64,000 nucleotides of DNA from the NCBI GenBank assembly GCA_964651495.1, contig CAZYWP010000004.1:1667-65666 (forward strand). Direction: 5' to 3'. A program made the position numbers and the translations under genes. Under the pieces are notes generated by a model, which was not told the DNA's origin, made no database searches, and worked only from the letters and a program-made list of their open reading frames with translations. The DNA is from an uncultured Eubacteriales bacterium. Lineage in GTDB: Bacteria; Acidobacteriota; Aminicenantia; Aminicenantales; UBA8522. Below are positions 16,232 to 25,936 of this stretch, one piece after another. Position 1 is the first letter of the stretch; each line of letters starts with the position of its first letter.

Positions 16232-16683
16232 AAAAGACCGCTGTCCTTTTGCTCTGCTTCGGTCTTCTCGGCGGGTGCGGCCTCCTCTCCGCCCAGGAAG
16301 AGAAGAGCCTTCCCGGGAGAGAGCCGTTGATCGACCTCCAGACCAAGCTCCCCACCTATGACCCGGCGGGACGCCGCGACCCATTCAAGAACCTGCTGGG
16401 CGGAAAAGAGCTCAAGGAGAAAACGGCTCCCGGCGAGGTGCCGCAGCTTTTCATCGATGATATCGCGCTTATCGGGATCGTCAAGTACAAGAAAAAATTC
16501 ACTGCCATCCTCAGCGGCCCGCAGGGATTTCCCTATTACTTCGGCGTGGGTGATAAGCTGTCCGACGGTTTCATCCTGGCGATCAACGACAGCCAGGTCA
16601 TCTTTCGCAAAATTAATGAAAGGGGCATCCCATTGACCAAACCCAAGGATATTGTCAAAGAAATCAATCCGGAGGAGCGTTAA
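16228..16683 (+). CDS. pilP: PilP-like pilus assembly lipoprotein
   Basis: Lipobox LLGGC, a YDPAGRRDPF motif and a C-terminal beta-domain. ATGA overlap with the pilO stop. Confidence 0.75.
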   Translation: MKKTAVLLLCFGLLGGCGLLSAQEEKSLPGREPLIDLQTKLPTYDPAGRRDPFKNLLGGKELKEKTAPGEVPQLFIDDIALIGIVKYKKKFTAILSGPQGFPYYFGVGDKLSDGFILAINDSQVIFRKINERGIPLTKPKDIVKEINPEER

Positions 16684-16685
16684 AC

Positions 16686-18977
16686 ATGAAAAGGAAAACA
16701 TTTTGGCTGCTTCTCACCAGTTTTTGCCTCGCGGTCTTCCTGGCCGGAAGCGTTCAAACCCCTTCCTCGAATGTCACGATAAATAAAATTTCCGTCCAGC
16801 CCGGAAAACTGAACACCAAGATAGTCCTGGAAACGGATGCCGCCCTGGCCACGCCCAGAACATCTTATGCCCTCGACGCTTCCAAGACGGTCATCGTCGA
16901 GATCGACGGGGTGAACACCGGCCAGCAGCCCCAAATCCAGATGGCCGAACGGGATCTCGTGACCGGACTCAAGGTGGAGAAGGCGGGGCCCAATGCCCTC
17001 CGTCTCCTCGTTCAGCTACGCGAGCTCGTCCCCTGCCGGGTAACTACAGGACAGAGTCAGACGGTCGTCGAGCTCAACAAGATTCAGCGGGAGCAGGGGG
17101 ATTATATCATCGAGCCGGCGACTCAAGAGCAACTCGGCCGGGCCGGGAACAGTGCCGTTTTCATGAACAAAGTCAGCGTCGAAGACCGGGACGGTGAACT
17201 CCGGTTCACTGCCAAGCTGAGCCGGGAAACCGCCGCCCAGGTCTTTTCCCTGGAAAACCCGCTGCGCCTGGTGATCGACGTTTTCAATGCGGTCTACGAA
17301 GAATCGGCGGCTGTTTATCCGGTTGATAAACAGGGGCTGAAGAAAATGCGCGTGGCCCAGTTTCAGCTCGGCGATCCCCATGCCATCACCCGGATCGTTT
17401 TCGACCTCACCGAGCCGAAATTCTATCGCCTTCGCTCCGACGGTGGTGAGCTCGTCATCTCCTTCCCGCACGAAAAAAGTGCCGTCCTGACGGCCGCCGC
17501 CCAGCCGGCGCCTCCACCGCCTCCGGCGATGAGCCAGCCGAAGCCGGAAATTCAGGCGAAAACTCAAGAATCCAATCACCTGACAGCTCCCGTTCCGCCC
17601 GCCCCCGCCAAAGCGGACAACGGAAAGAACGGCAAGCAGGAATCGGCCCCGGAGCCGGTTCCTATCCAGGAACAGCAAGAACAGAGGTACCAACCCAGGA
17701 CGATCAACGAAAGAGAGACCCGCTATGCCGGCGAGGTCATCACCCTGAAGTTCAAGGATGCGGACCTCCGTGACGTCATCCTCTACCTGGGCGATTTCGC
17801 CAACCTGAACGTGGTCTTTGACCCCGAAGTTCGGGGCGTCGTCACCTGCAACCTCGAAAACGTGCCCTGGGATCAGGCCCTCGACATCCTTCTTCGGAAT
17901 AACAAGCTGGGCAAGGTGCTCGAGGGGAATGTCCTGCGCATCGCCCCGGTCAGCGTTTTGACCAGGGAGGATGAGGAGCAGAGAAAGCTCCGGGAAAGCA
18001 AGGAACTGGCGGGCCCGCTGATCGTCAAGACGATCACCCTGTCCTACTCCAAGGCCAGGGACGTCATGGCGCTCTTGACCACAAAAAAGACTGAGCGGGG
18101 CGAGATCACCGTCGACGACCGAACCAACACGCTGATCATCTCCGACGTCAAGGAAAACCTGGACCTTCTGGAAAAACTCCTCTCCGTCCTGGACACCCCC
18201 ACCCCCCAGGTATCGATCGAAGCGCGGATCGTCGAGGCCACCTCGACCTTCGTCCGAAACCTCGGTATCCAGTGGGGCTTCAATGCGATCGCCGACCCGT
18301 TCTACGGCAACCAGACGAGCCTCCAGTTCCCTAATAAGATCCTGGTTGACGGAGCTATGATTCCGCAGGGCATCGTGACCAAGGGAGTCGGCGGGCCGCT
18401 GGGCGGCTACGCCATCAACCTTCCCGCTCCGGCTTTCACAACGGCCCTGGGTTTCTCCTTTGCCAATGTCCTCGACACCTTCCGTCTCGACATGGCGATC
18501 ACCGCTCTGGAAACCTCGGGCGAAGGCCGGATCATCTCCAGCCCGAAAGTGACAACACAGAATAACCAGGAAGCCGAGATTATCCAGGGGCGGCAGATCC
18601 CGGTCCAGACGGTGGCCAACTTCACCGTCACGACCAGATACGTCAACGCTGCCCTAGAACTCAGGGCGACGCCCCAGATCACGGCCGAAGGGACCATCAT
18701 CATGACCATCGAGATCCAGAACAACGCGGCCGACTTCGCCAACCTGGTCAACGGAATCCCGCCGATCACGACGCAGAGCGCCAGCACGACCGTCATGGTC
18801 CCCGACGGAGGGACCACGGTCATCGGCGGAATTTACCGGACGGAAGATTCCATCACCCGGGACAAGGTCCCCTTCCTCTGGTCGATTCCGATCCTCGGCA
18901 ACCTTTTCAAATCCTATGCCCGGACGAAACAAAACAGGGAGTTGCTCATCTTTATAACTCCCCGCATCATTAAATAA
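16686..18977 (+). CDS. pilQ: Type IV pilus secretin PilQ
   Basis: 763 aa. N-terminal AMIN-like repeats, a Pro/Ala-rich linker, and a C-terminal secretin domain ending VPFLWSIPILGNLFKS...LLIFITPRII. Confidence 0.9.
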   Translation: MKRKTFWLLLTSFCLAVFLAGSVQTPSSNVTINKISVQPGKLNTKIVLETDAALATPRTSYALDASKTVIVEIDGVNTGQQPQIQMAERDLVTGLKVEKAGPNALRLLVQLRELVPCRVTTGQSQTVVELNKIQREQGDYIIEPATQEQLGRAGNSAVFMNKVSVEDRDGELRFTAKLSRETAAQVFSLENPLRLVIDVFNAVYEESAAVYPVDKQGLKKMRVAQFQLGDPHAITRIVFDLTEPKFYRLRSDGGELVISFPHEKSAVLTAAAQPAPPPPPAMSQPKPEIQAKTQESNHLTAPVPPAPAKADNGKNGKQESAPEPVPIQEQQEQRYQPRTINERETRYAGEVITLKFKDADLRDVILYLGDFANLNVVFDPEVRGVVTCNLENVPWDQALDILLRNNKLGKVLEGNVLRIAPVSVLTREDEEQRKLRESKELAGPLIVKTITLSYSKARDVMALLTTKKTERGEITVDDRTNTLIISDVKENLDLLEKLLSVLDTPTPQVSIEARIVEATSTFVRNLGIQWGFNAIADPFYGNQTSLQFPNKILVDGAMIPQGIVTKGVGGPLGGYAINLPAPAFTTALGFSFANVLDTFRLDMAITALETSGEGRIISSPKVTTQNNQEAEIIQGRQIPVQTVANFTVTTRYVNAALELRATPQITAEGTIIMTIEIQNNAADFANLVNGIPPITTQSASTTVMVPDGGTTVIGGIYRTEDSITRDKVPFLWSIPILGNLFKSYARTKQNRELLIFITPRIIK

Positions 18978-18988
18978 GGGGTGCAGCC

Positions 18989-19573
18989 ATGAGAAACTTA
19001 AAAAAACTTCTCAGCCTTTCGTTGCTCCTGACGGTGGCCTTCCTTCTCAATTCCTGCAATCCCATCGAGGACGATACGAAATCGAGCAGCCTGCTCATTA
19101 TCGAGAGCATCCTGGGGCAGGACGCCGAGGGCGCTGAAGCGAATTATCTGCAGTCGGACGTTCTCAAGGAAGATTCCGTTTTTGCCGACGTGGCTGTCGC
19201 CAATGTCCGCGCGGCCACCCTTGACCCAGTTCCGCTCCTGGGGGCGTCGCAGTACAACGACATCATGTTGACGCGCTACACCGTCTCTTACAGCCGGACC
19301 GACGGCAAAAACACGCCGGGCGTGGACGTCCCGTATCCCTTCGAGGGATCCCTGTCCGCCCTGATCAAAGTGGGCTCGGCGACGTCCTTCGGTTTTGTGG
19401 TTGTCAGGGAAGTGGCCAAGCTGGAACTGCCCTTGATCCGCCTGGCGGACGGCCGGGCGGAAGGCGTCCTGACGTGCACGGCCAAGATCGACCTTTACGG
19501 CCACGACCTGACGAACAACAACGTCAAAGCCACCGGCTATCTGACCGTTCATTTCGCCAATTATGTTGATTAA
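18989..19573 (+). CDS. Lipoprotein of unknown function, co-oriented just downstream of pilQ
   Basis: 194 aa. Signal plus lipobox (LLLTVAFLLNSC). I recognise no motif. Starts 12 nt after the pilQ stop. Confidence 0.6.
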   Translation: MRNLKKLLSLSLLLTVAFLLNSCNPIEDDTKSSSLLIIESILGQDAEGAEANYLQSDVLKEDSVFADVAVANVRAATLDPVPLLGASQYNDIMLTRYTVSYSRTDGKNTPGVDVPYPFEGSLSALIKVGSATSFGFVVVREVAKLELPLIRLADGRAEGVLTCTAKIDLYGHDLTNNNVKATGYLTVHFANYVD

Positions 19574-19583
19574 GGTGAATCAC

Positions 19584-20399
19584 ATGAAGACAAACAAGAC
19601 ATCCATCCTGCTGGCCATCGTTCTGGTCTTGAGCGTTATCACCTTTAATTCCTGCAAGCGGAACGCGGTCGAAGAGCCAGATCCGCTGGGGCCTTCGACG
19701 TTCGCCATCGTCCTGAACCTGAACGCCAGCCCGAACGTCCTGTTCGCCGGGCTCCTCCAGCGCCAGATGAGCGCGGTCACGGCGACATTAAAAAAATTCG
19801 ACGGGAGCTCCGTCAGCAACCGAACCGTCTTCTTCGAGGTCGTGGACAACACGGGAACCCGGCTCGACCTGGGCTATTTCGAGGGCGACATGGCCATCCA
19901 TACTCAGAACACCGACGGCAGCGGCACGGTCCGGGTCAACTACTACGGGCCTCTCTCGGAAGAGATCGTCGCCAACGGCACGATTTATATCAGGGCCACT
20001 GTCGCTTGGGAAGGCGCCCAATTCATCTCCGATTTGACGCCTCTCTACGTCATCCGGGACGCCGACGAGATCCTTTTTGAGGCGGAAGCCGTTCCTGACA
20101 TCCTTTATGCCGGCCTGACCAACCCGACGGCCGAAATCCGGGGCAAAGTCACCGTGGGCGGCCAGCCGCTCAAAGACTATCCGGTCTATTTCATGGTCGA
20201 CAAGAGCCAGGACCTCGGCCGGTTTTCCGACGGCAAGAGGAACACTTATGCTTACACCAACGCCGACGGGATCGCCGCGGTGACCTATATCGGCCCGGCT
20301 TTCTATGAAATCCTGACTAATACAACGGTCACCATCCGCGTCCAGGTCACTCAGGACATTTACAAGGACGTCACAATCCAGGTTATTCGGCAGAGGTAA
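19584..20399 (+). CDS. Lipoprotein with two bacterial Ig-like (Big_1-like) domains
   Basis: Start MKTNKTSILL at 19584 with AAGGTG upstream. Lipobox VITFNSC. Two repeats of the pattern ...V.F.V.D..G......TD..G.A.V.Y.GP. Confidence 0.6.
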   Translation: MKTNKTSILLAIVLVLSVITFNSCKRNAVEEPDPLGPSTFAIVLNLNASPNVLFAGLLQRQMSAVTATLKKFDGSSVSNRTVFFEVVDNTGTRLDLGYFEGDMAIHTQNTDGSGTVRVNYYGPLSEEIVANGTIYIRATVAWEGAQFISDLTPLYVIRDADEILFEAEAVPDILYAGLTNPTAEIRGKVTVGGQPLKDYPVYFMVDKSQDLGRFSDGKRNTYAYTNADGIAAVTYIGPAFYEILTNTTVTIRVQVTQDIYKDVTIQVIRQR

Positions 20400-20438
20400 A
20401 GCGCAACTGGGCCGGAGCGGGACGACCGGGCTCGGGCT

Positions 20439-22589
20439 CTATTCGATGAAAACAAGTGAGCGCTTCGAGCTCGTTCCCTGCAGGGCGGGTCGGAGCGACC
20501 TGGCCAGCTCTCCCCGGTTCCCCGATTTCAGGATTACCTGAACACGGTGGCGGCCTCTGATCCTGGAGACCGGCGCAAGAGATGGGCCGAAGACCTTGAT
20601 CCTATCCCCTGAGCTCCTGGCCCGGGCGGCAAATTGCCTGGCCGCCGCGGCCACCCGGCGCAGGTTTTCCCCATGGAAAACGACCTCTGCCAGGGAAGAA
20701 AACGGCGGATAGTCAAGAAGCCGGCGGTATCGGATTTCCTGCCGGTAAAAAGCCCGGTAATCACCACGGACCGCCTCCCGGATGCTGAAATGCCCCGGGT
20801 CGGCGGTCTGGATCAGGATTTCGGAATCCTCTCCCCGGCGCAAAAACCGGAAAGCGCGAGAGATCGCCTGATAGGCTTTCTGTCCCGAACGGAAGTCGGC
20901 TAGGTGAAGCACGGTCTCGGGATGAAGCAGGCCGACGAGCGAAACCAGAGGCAGGCCGCTCTGATGGGCCAGGAGTTGTGTCCCGGCCAGGATGTCGATA
21001 TCGCCGCCGCTGAACCGGGCAATAATCCTCTCCTTATCTTCTTTCCGGCCGGCTTCGTCGGTAGCAAAGACCTCGACCCGAATCCGGGGGAAAAGCTTTT
21101 TCAGCTCCTCCGCCAGAGCCTCCACGCCCTCCCCCCTTTTGACGACAAGGCGGCCGCCGCAGCGCGGGCATGTTCCGCTGGCGGGAACAGAATTCCGGCA
21201 GTAGTGGCAGACAAGCCTGCCCTCCCGCTTGTGGTATGACAGGGCCAGGTCGCAACGGTTGCAGCGCGGCACAAAACCGCACTTCGCGCAGACAAGATGG
21301 GAGGCGTAGCCGCGGCGGTTGAAGAAAAGAAGGATCGGTTCCTTTTTATCCAGGCGGTCCTGGATGGCCAGCCTCAGCCGGGAAGAAACCACGCCGGGGT
21401 CTTTCCGGCTGTCGACGACGACCGTCCGGGGAAGCTGAGAAGCTGTTGTCAGGTCGATCAGGCAGCGCCCTTTTTCGGCCCGATAATAATTTTCCACAGT
21501 CGGCATGGAGCTGCCGTAAACCAGGACGGCCTTTTCTTCCCTGGCTCTCAGCCCGGCGGCCCTCCGGATATCGAACGGAAGGCCCTCTTGTTGGGAGTAG
21601 GACTCGTCGTGCTCTTCATCGAGGATGATGAGACGAACATCGTCCACCGGCGCCAAGAGGGCCGACCGGGTTCCGACCACGACTTCAACCCGCGCTTCTT
21701 TGACCTTCCGCCATTCGGTCTCTCTCTGTCGGCCCGTCATCCGGCTGTGAAGGAGCGCGGCCTTCTCCCCCAGTCGCCTCCTCAGCTTTTCCATCACCGC
21801 CGGGGTGAGGGCGATTTCAGGAATCAGGTAGAGAACCCTCCCCCCGCCGGAGAGGACATCCCTGATGAGCCGGATGTAGACCGGCTCGCGCCGCTCGGGC
21901 GGACCAAATAACATCCATTCCGAAAATTGCCGCCCGGCGACAGACTCGATCACGGCTGCGGCGGCCCGCTGCAGGCCTTCGTCGAGGGAGAAATCCAATT
22001 CGAGCTGAGCCGGAGCTTTTTCCTCACCCAGCTCTTTTCTCCTCCGCACCCGCTTGACCTCTTTCTCGACCGCCACCAGCTCGTTCTTTTGCATCCGGGC
22101 GAGCAGCGCCGGGATGCTCTTCACCCGGCATTTTTTCTCCAGAAAACGGAGGGAGCGCGGTTTCTCCGCTAGGCAGGACGCCACTTCTTTCTCTTCTCCG
22201 GAGAGCGCTCCCTGGTCCAGGGCCAGGCAGCCCCGTTCCGTCAGCGCGACCAGGGCCGTGCTTCTGAGCAGAAACGTCGGCGGCACAGCAGCCTGCAGCA
22301 CTTCCCCCCAGGAAATGAGGTAGTAGCGGCTTAATTTGCCGCTGAACGAAAGGAAGGCCGGGGAGAACAGCGAGGCTTCATCCAGCACCTCGGCAACCGG
22401 TTTGAGCTTCAGGCCGCCGGCCGGCCTTTTGCGGCGCAGCCCGACCACAAACCCGGTCAGCGTTCTCGACCCGAACGGGACGAGCACCCGGACACCGACC
22501 TTGGCTCTCTCCCCAAGTTCCGGGGGGACCGAATAGGTAAAAGTGTGTTCAAGCGGGAGGGGCAGGATGACATCGGCGTAGAGGTTCAT
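20439..22589 (-). CDS. priA: Primosomal protein N' (PriA) with a degenerate Walker A motif
   Basis: 716 aa. DEEH box (LIILDEEHDESY), PEIALTP, and an intact Cys-rich Zn region (CAKCGFVPRCNRCD...CHYCRN...CPRCGG). The P-loop position reads GPPERREPVY instead of GxxGSGKT. Confidence 0.9.
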   Translation of the reverse strand: MNLYADVILPLPLEHTFTYSVPPELGERAKVGVRVLVPFGSRTLTGFVVGLRRKRPAGGLKLKPVAEVLDEASLFSPAFLSFSGKLSRYYLISWGEVLQAAVPPTFLLRSTALVALTERGCLALDQGALSGEEKEVASCLAEKPRSLRFLEKKCRVKSIPALLARMQKNELVAVEKEVKRVRRRKELGEEKAPAQLELDFSLDEGLQRAAAAVIESVAGRQFSEWMLFGPPERREPVYIRLIRDVLSGGGRVLYLIPEIALTPAVMEKLRRRLGEKAALLHSRMTGRQRETEWRKVKEARVEVVVGTRSALLAPVDDVRLIILDEEHDESYSQQEGLPFDIRRAAGLRAREEKAVLVYGSSMPTVENYYRAEKGRCLIDLTTASQLPRTVVVDSRKDPGVVSSRLRLAIQDRLDKKEPILLFFNRRGYASHLVCAKCGFVPRCNRCDLALSYHKREGRLVCHYCRNSVPASGTCPRCGGRLVVKRGEGVEALAEELKKLFPRIRVEVFATDEAGRKEDKERIIARFSGGDIDILAGTQLLAHQSGLPLVSLVGLLHPETVLHLADFRSGQKAYQAISRAFRFLRRGEDSEILIQTADPGHFSIREAVRGDYRAFYRQEIRYRRLLDYPPFSSLAEVVFHGENLRRVAAAARQFAARARSSGDRIKVFGPSLAPVSRIRGRHRVQVILKSGNRGELARSLRPALQGTSSKRSLVFIE

Positions 22590-23257
22590 TTCTTGCCGAG
22601 GGCGGCCATGACCTTCTGCATATCCTGCCAGACCAGCCTCTTGATGATTTTGTCGCCTTCATTCCGGATGAGGTAGGACGGATGGAAGGTGGGCATGACC
22701 AGGATCTCGCCGTGGGGGTGGAAAGTGCCTCGGAGCGCGGACATGCCGGCGGCGGAGGGGATGAAGAAATCGGTGGCCACTTTGCCCAGGGTTACGATGA
22801 TCCGGGGGGCGATGGCCTCGATCTGGACGAGCAGGTAGCCCCGGCAGCTGTCGATTTCCGGGCGAAGCGGGGTCCGATTTTTGGGTGGGCGGCACTTGAC
22901 AATGTTGGTGATGTAGACCTCGTCCCGCTTAAACCCCATCGCCTCGATGATCTTGGTCAGGAGCTGGCCGGCCCGGCCGACGAACGGCCGGCCCTGGATA
23001 TCCTCATCGGCTCCCGGCGCCTCTCCGACAAACATGAGCCGGGAGTCATAGCTCCCCTCTCCGGGCACGGCGAGCTTTCGTGTCGCTGCGAGAAGACAGA
23101 GGCGGCAGCCGAGGACTTTCTCTTCCAGGGCATGAAGAACGGACGTTTTCGGCTGTATCTTGGTCCCTGCCGAAGAGACAAAGTCCACTCCCAGGTCCGA
23201 GAAAAAGCGGAGCTGCTCCTCCAGGTGATCGAGCAGTCGTCTACTTCTTTTGGCCAA
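22586..23257 (-). CDS. Uracil-DNA glycosylase, family 4
   Basis: [23 protein letters not shown] and HPSYLIR motifs. The track start is a TTG that overlaps the coaBC 3' end by 17 nt, so the start is uncertain. Confidence 0.85.
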   Translation of the reverse strand: MAKRSRRLLDHLEEQLRFFSDLGVDFVSSAGTKIQPKTSVLHALEEKVLGCRLCLLAATRKLAVPGEGSYDSRLMFVGEAPGADEDIQGRPFVGRAGQLLTKIIEAMGFKRDEVYITNIVKCRPPKNRTPLRPEIDSCRGYLLVQIEAIAPRIIVTLGKVATDFFIPSAAGMSALRGTFHPHGEILVMPTFHPSYLIRNEGDKIIKRLVWQDMQKVMAALGKK

Positions 23258-24440
23258 GCAAGACCTCGACCTGGTCCAGGATGACCCGGCTGACCTCCCG
23301 CTTGCTCAACTTCCCCGTTTCGAGAATGACGCCGGCCGAACCCATCAGGATCACCCGGTTGAAATCCGATTCGAAACCAATGCCCTCGCCGGAGACATCG
23401 TTGGCCACGATGAGGTCCAGCTTCTTCTCCTCGAGCTTTCTCCGGGCGTTGTCAATGATGTTTTCGGTCTCGGCCGCAAACCCGACGATCACCTTGCGCC
23501 GTCGTCCGCGGGACCGGCTCAGGGTTTCGAGAATGTCCGCCGTCCTGACGAGATCGACCTTTCGGAGAGCCTTCGTTTTCTTGATTTTTTGTCCTGCCGG
23601 GGAGGCCGGCCGGAAGTCCGACACGGCCGCGGCCATGATCACGGCATCCGCCCGGGAGAATTTCTCCTCGACTTCCGCGAGCATTTCAGCGGCGGTCTGC
23701 ACCATCTTCCTCTCTACCCCTAAAGGAGGGTCAAGCGCCGTGGGACCGGAGACGAGGAGCACTTCCGCTCCCCTCCAGGCGGCTTCGGCAGCCAGCTCGT
23801 AACCCATTTTGCCGGAAGAGCGGCTGGACAGGAATCGCACCGGGTCGATCGGTTCGCGGGTCGGACCGGCCGTGATAAGGAAGCTTTTTGCTTTCAGGCT
23901 TTCACTCTTGTCCAGGAGTTGCAGGCCTCGATCGACGATTGCCTGGGCAGAAGCCAGCCTTCCCCACCCTTCTTCCCGGCAGGCTAGATACCCTTTCTCG
24001 GGCAGGATGAACTCCACTCCGGCCGAGCGCAGGCTCCGGATATTGGCCTGCGTCTGGGGATGGAGATACATCGCCTGGTTCATGGCCGGAGCGATCAACA
24101 CCGGACGGCGCACAGCCAGATAGAAAGTGGACAGAAAATCGTCGGCTACCCCGGAGGCGAATTTGGCGATGATATTGGCCGTAGCCGGCGCCACCAGGAG
24201 GAGGGATATTTCTTCGGCCAGAGAGATGTGGGCGATCCGGTCCGAGTCCTCGTCGCCGAAGAGCTCGACGATGGCCTTCCGGCCGGAAAGCGAGCTGAAC
24301 AGGCGCGGCGAAATGAGTTGTGCGGCATTCCGGGTCATGATGACCTGGACCTGGACGTCCTTCTTCTGGAAGCCGCGGAGAATCTCGCAGGCCTTGTAAA
24401 TGCTGATCGAAGACGATACTCCCAGGGCGATTTTTTTCAT
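23241..24440 (-). CDS. coaBC: Bifunctional phosphopantothenoylcysteine decarboxylase / phosphopantothenate-cysteine ligase
   Basis: 399 aa. N-terminal flavoprotein domain (MKKIALGVSSSISIYKA) and a C-terminal CoaB domain (ITAGPTREPIDPVRFLSSRSSGKMG). Confidence 0.9.
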   Translation of the reverse strand: MKKIALGVSSSISIYKACEILRGFQKKDVQVQVIMTRNAAQLISPRLFSSLSGRKAIVELFGDEDSDRIAHISLAEEISLLLVAPATANIIAKFASGVADDFLSTFYLAVRRPVLIAPAMNQAMYLHPQTQANIRSLRSAGVEFILPEKGYLACREEGWGRLASAQAIVDRGLQLLDKSESLKAKSFLITAGPTREPIDPVRFLSSRSSGKMGYELAAEAAWRGAEVLLVSGPTALDPPLGVERKMVQTAAEMLAEVEEKFSRADAVIMAAAVSDFRPASPAGQKIKKTKALRKVDLVRTADILETLSRSRGRRRKVIVGFAAETENIIDNARRKLEEKKLDLIVANDVSGEGIGFESDFNRVILMGSAGVILETGKLSKREVSRVILDQVEVLLGQKK

Positions 24441-24449
24441 GCTCTTTGT

Positions 24450-25049
24450 CTATCCCTTGCCGAAGTTCTCCAGAATGGGCTTGATCTCCGCTCTCCGGGC
24501 GGCCAGGCGCGACCGGTGACAGAGGATGATGGAGGCCAGCTTATCGGCGGCGTCACCCAGGTCGTCGTTGATCATGATATAATCAAAGCGGCTGTAATCC
24601 TTGACTTCTTCCCTGGCCACGGCCAGCCTTTCCCGGATCGCCGCCGCGCTGTCCGAGCGCCGGCGCTGGAGCCGTTTTTTCAGGGCGTCGAAACTCGGCG
24701 GCAGGACGAAGATGAAGACCGCGTTCTTGATTTTTTCTTTGACCTGCCTGGCTCCCTGGACATCGATGTCCAGGATCAAGTCCCCCTTCTTCCCTTTTTT
24801 GAGTTCTTTCTTGGACGTCCCGTACTGCGCGCCGTGGACGACCGCCCACTCGACGAACTGGCCCCGTTTCGCCATTTTCTGGAACTCGTCCGGACTGACA
24901 AAATAATAGTCCCTGCCCTCAACCTCCCCCTCTCTTTTTTTCCGGGTGGTGTGGGACACGGAAAAACGCGCCCCCTTCAGGACGGCCAAGACCAGACCGA
25001 TCAGGGTCGATTTCCCGCTCCCCGACGGGCCTGAAACGACATAGATCAT
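24450..25049 (-). CDS. gmk: Guanylate kinase
   Basis: MIYVVSGPSGSGKSTL P-loop. I prefer ATG 25049 to the track's GTG at 25064, which overlaps the yicC stop. Confidence 0.9.
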   Translation of the reverse strand: MIYVVSGPSGSGKSTLIGLVLAVLKGARFSVSHTTRKKREGEVEGRDYYFVSPDEFQKMAKRGQFVEWAVVHGAQYGTSKKELKKGKKGDLILDIDVQGARQVKEKIKNAVFIFVLPPSFDALKKRLQRRRSDSAAAIRERLAVAREEVKDYSRFDYIMINDDLGDAADKLASIILCHRSRLAARRAEIKPILENFGKG

Positions 25050-25060
25050 TGGCTTCGACC

Positions 25061-25936
25061 TCACTCGATGTTTTGAACGTGCTGGCGGATGCTCTCGACT
25101 TCGCCTTTGATGGCCAGGCTGGCCCGGACAATCCCGATATCCTGGCTCTTGGAATTGATCGTGTTCACTTCCCGCGAAATCTCCTGGGAGAGGAAATCCA
25201 GCATCTTTCCCACCGGTTCTTCTCTCTCCTGGCCGGCCAATTCCTCAAACGCCGCCAGGTGGCTCTGCAGCCGCAAAATCTCCTCGGCGATATCGGCCTT
25301 TTGGGCCAGCAAAGCGGCCTCCCCCTCCAGCTTTCCGTCCTGGAGAGAGCTCCCCCCGTTCATTTCCTTCAGGCGTTCCCTCAGCTTGTCGAGAAGGACA
25401 AAGGGCTGGGTTTTGGCCTTTTTTTCGATCCGCCTGAGCCCCTCTCTGATCATGCCGAGATGGCGCTTGATCCGCCGCGCCGTCTCCCGGCCTTCCCGGC
25501 GCCGTTGCTTGAGTACGTCTTCGAGCGTCCGGTCGAAGCTCCGCTCCAGAAAGGCGGCCTCTTCTGCGGTCAGGTCCTTTCTCCTCAGCTCGACGACCTG
25601 GGGAATCCGGAATATGTTGTCAACCGATAAACTGGCTGCCTTCCCCATCCGCCGGGAGGCCTTTTCCAGGGTCGAGAGAATCTTTTCGAGAAGGCCGTCG
25701 TTGATCATGATTACCCAGCCCGCCGGGTCGATGGTCAGGAGGTCGAGCGAGGCCTCCACCCTTCCCCGCTGGAGTTTCTTCTGGGCCAGGATCCGCAGCC
25801 GCCCCTCGAGCTCTCCGAGCGGCGCGCCCTTGTAGCTCCAGTCGAAGAAGCGATGGTTGAGGCTCTTGATCGTGATTTTGGCGCGGAGGCCTGCGGCGGC
25901 AAAGTCCCTTCCGGCGTAGCCGGTCATGCTTCTCAC
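25061..25936 (-). CDS. yicC: YicC-family protein
   Basis: 291 aa. The N-terminus (M)RSMTGYAG matches my recollection of the conserved YicC start. C-terminal DUF1732-like SQEISREVNTINSKS motif. GTG start overlaps the upstream stop. Confidence 0.85.
   Translation of the reverse strand: MRSMTGYAGRDFAAAGLRAKITIKSLNHRFFDWSYKGAPLGELEGRLRILAQKKLQRGRVEASLDLLTIDPAGWVIMINDGLLEKILSTLEKASRRMGKAASLSVDNIFRIPQVVELRRKDLTAEEAAFLERSFDRTLEDVLKQRRREGRETARRIKRHLGMIREGLRRIEKKAKTQPFVLLDKLRERLKEMNGGSSLQDGKLEGEAALLAQKADIAEEILRLQSHLAAFEELAGQEREEPVGKMLDFLSQEISREVNTINSKSQDIGIVRASLAIKGEVESIRQHVQNIE

Noticed and set aside
17490-17690. Pro/Ala/Gln-rich low-complexity stretch, considered as a tandem DNA repeat
   Set aside because: It is in frame within pilQ between the AMIN-like and N0/secretin parts and has no exact nucleotide periodicity. 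It is a typical flexible linker.
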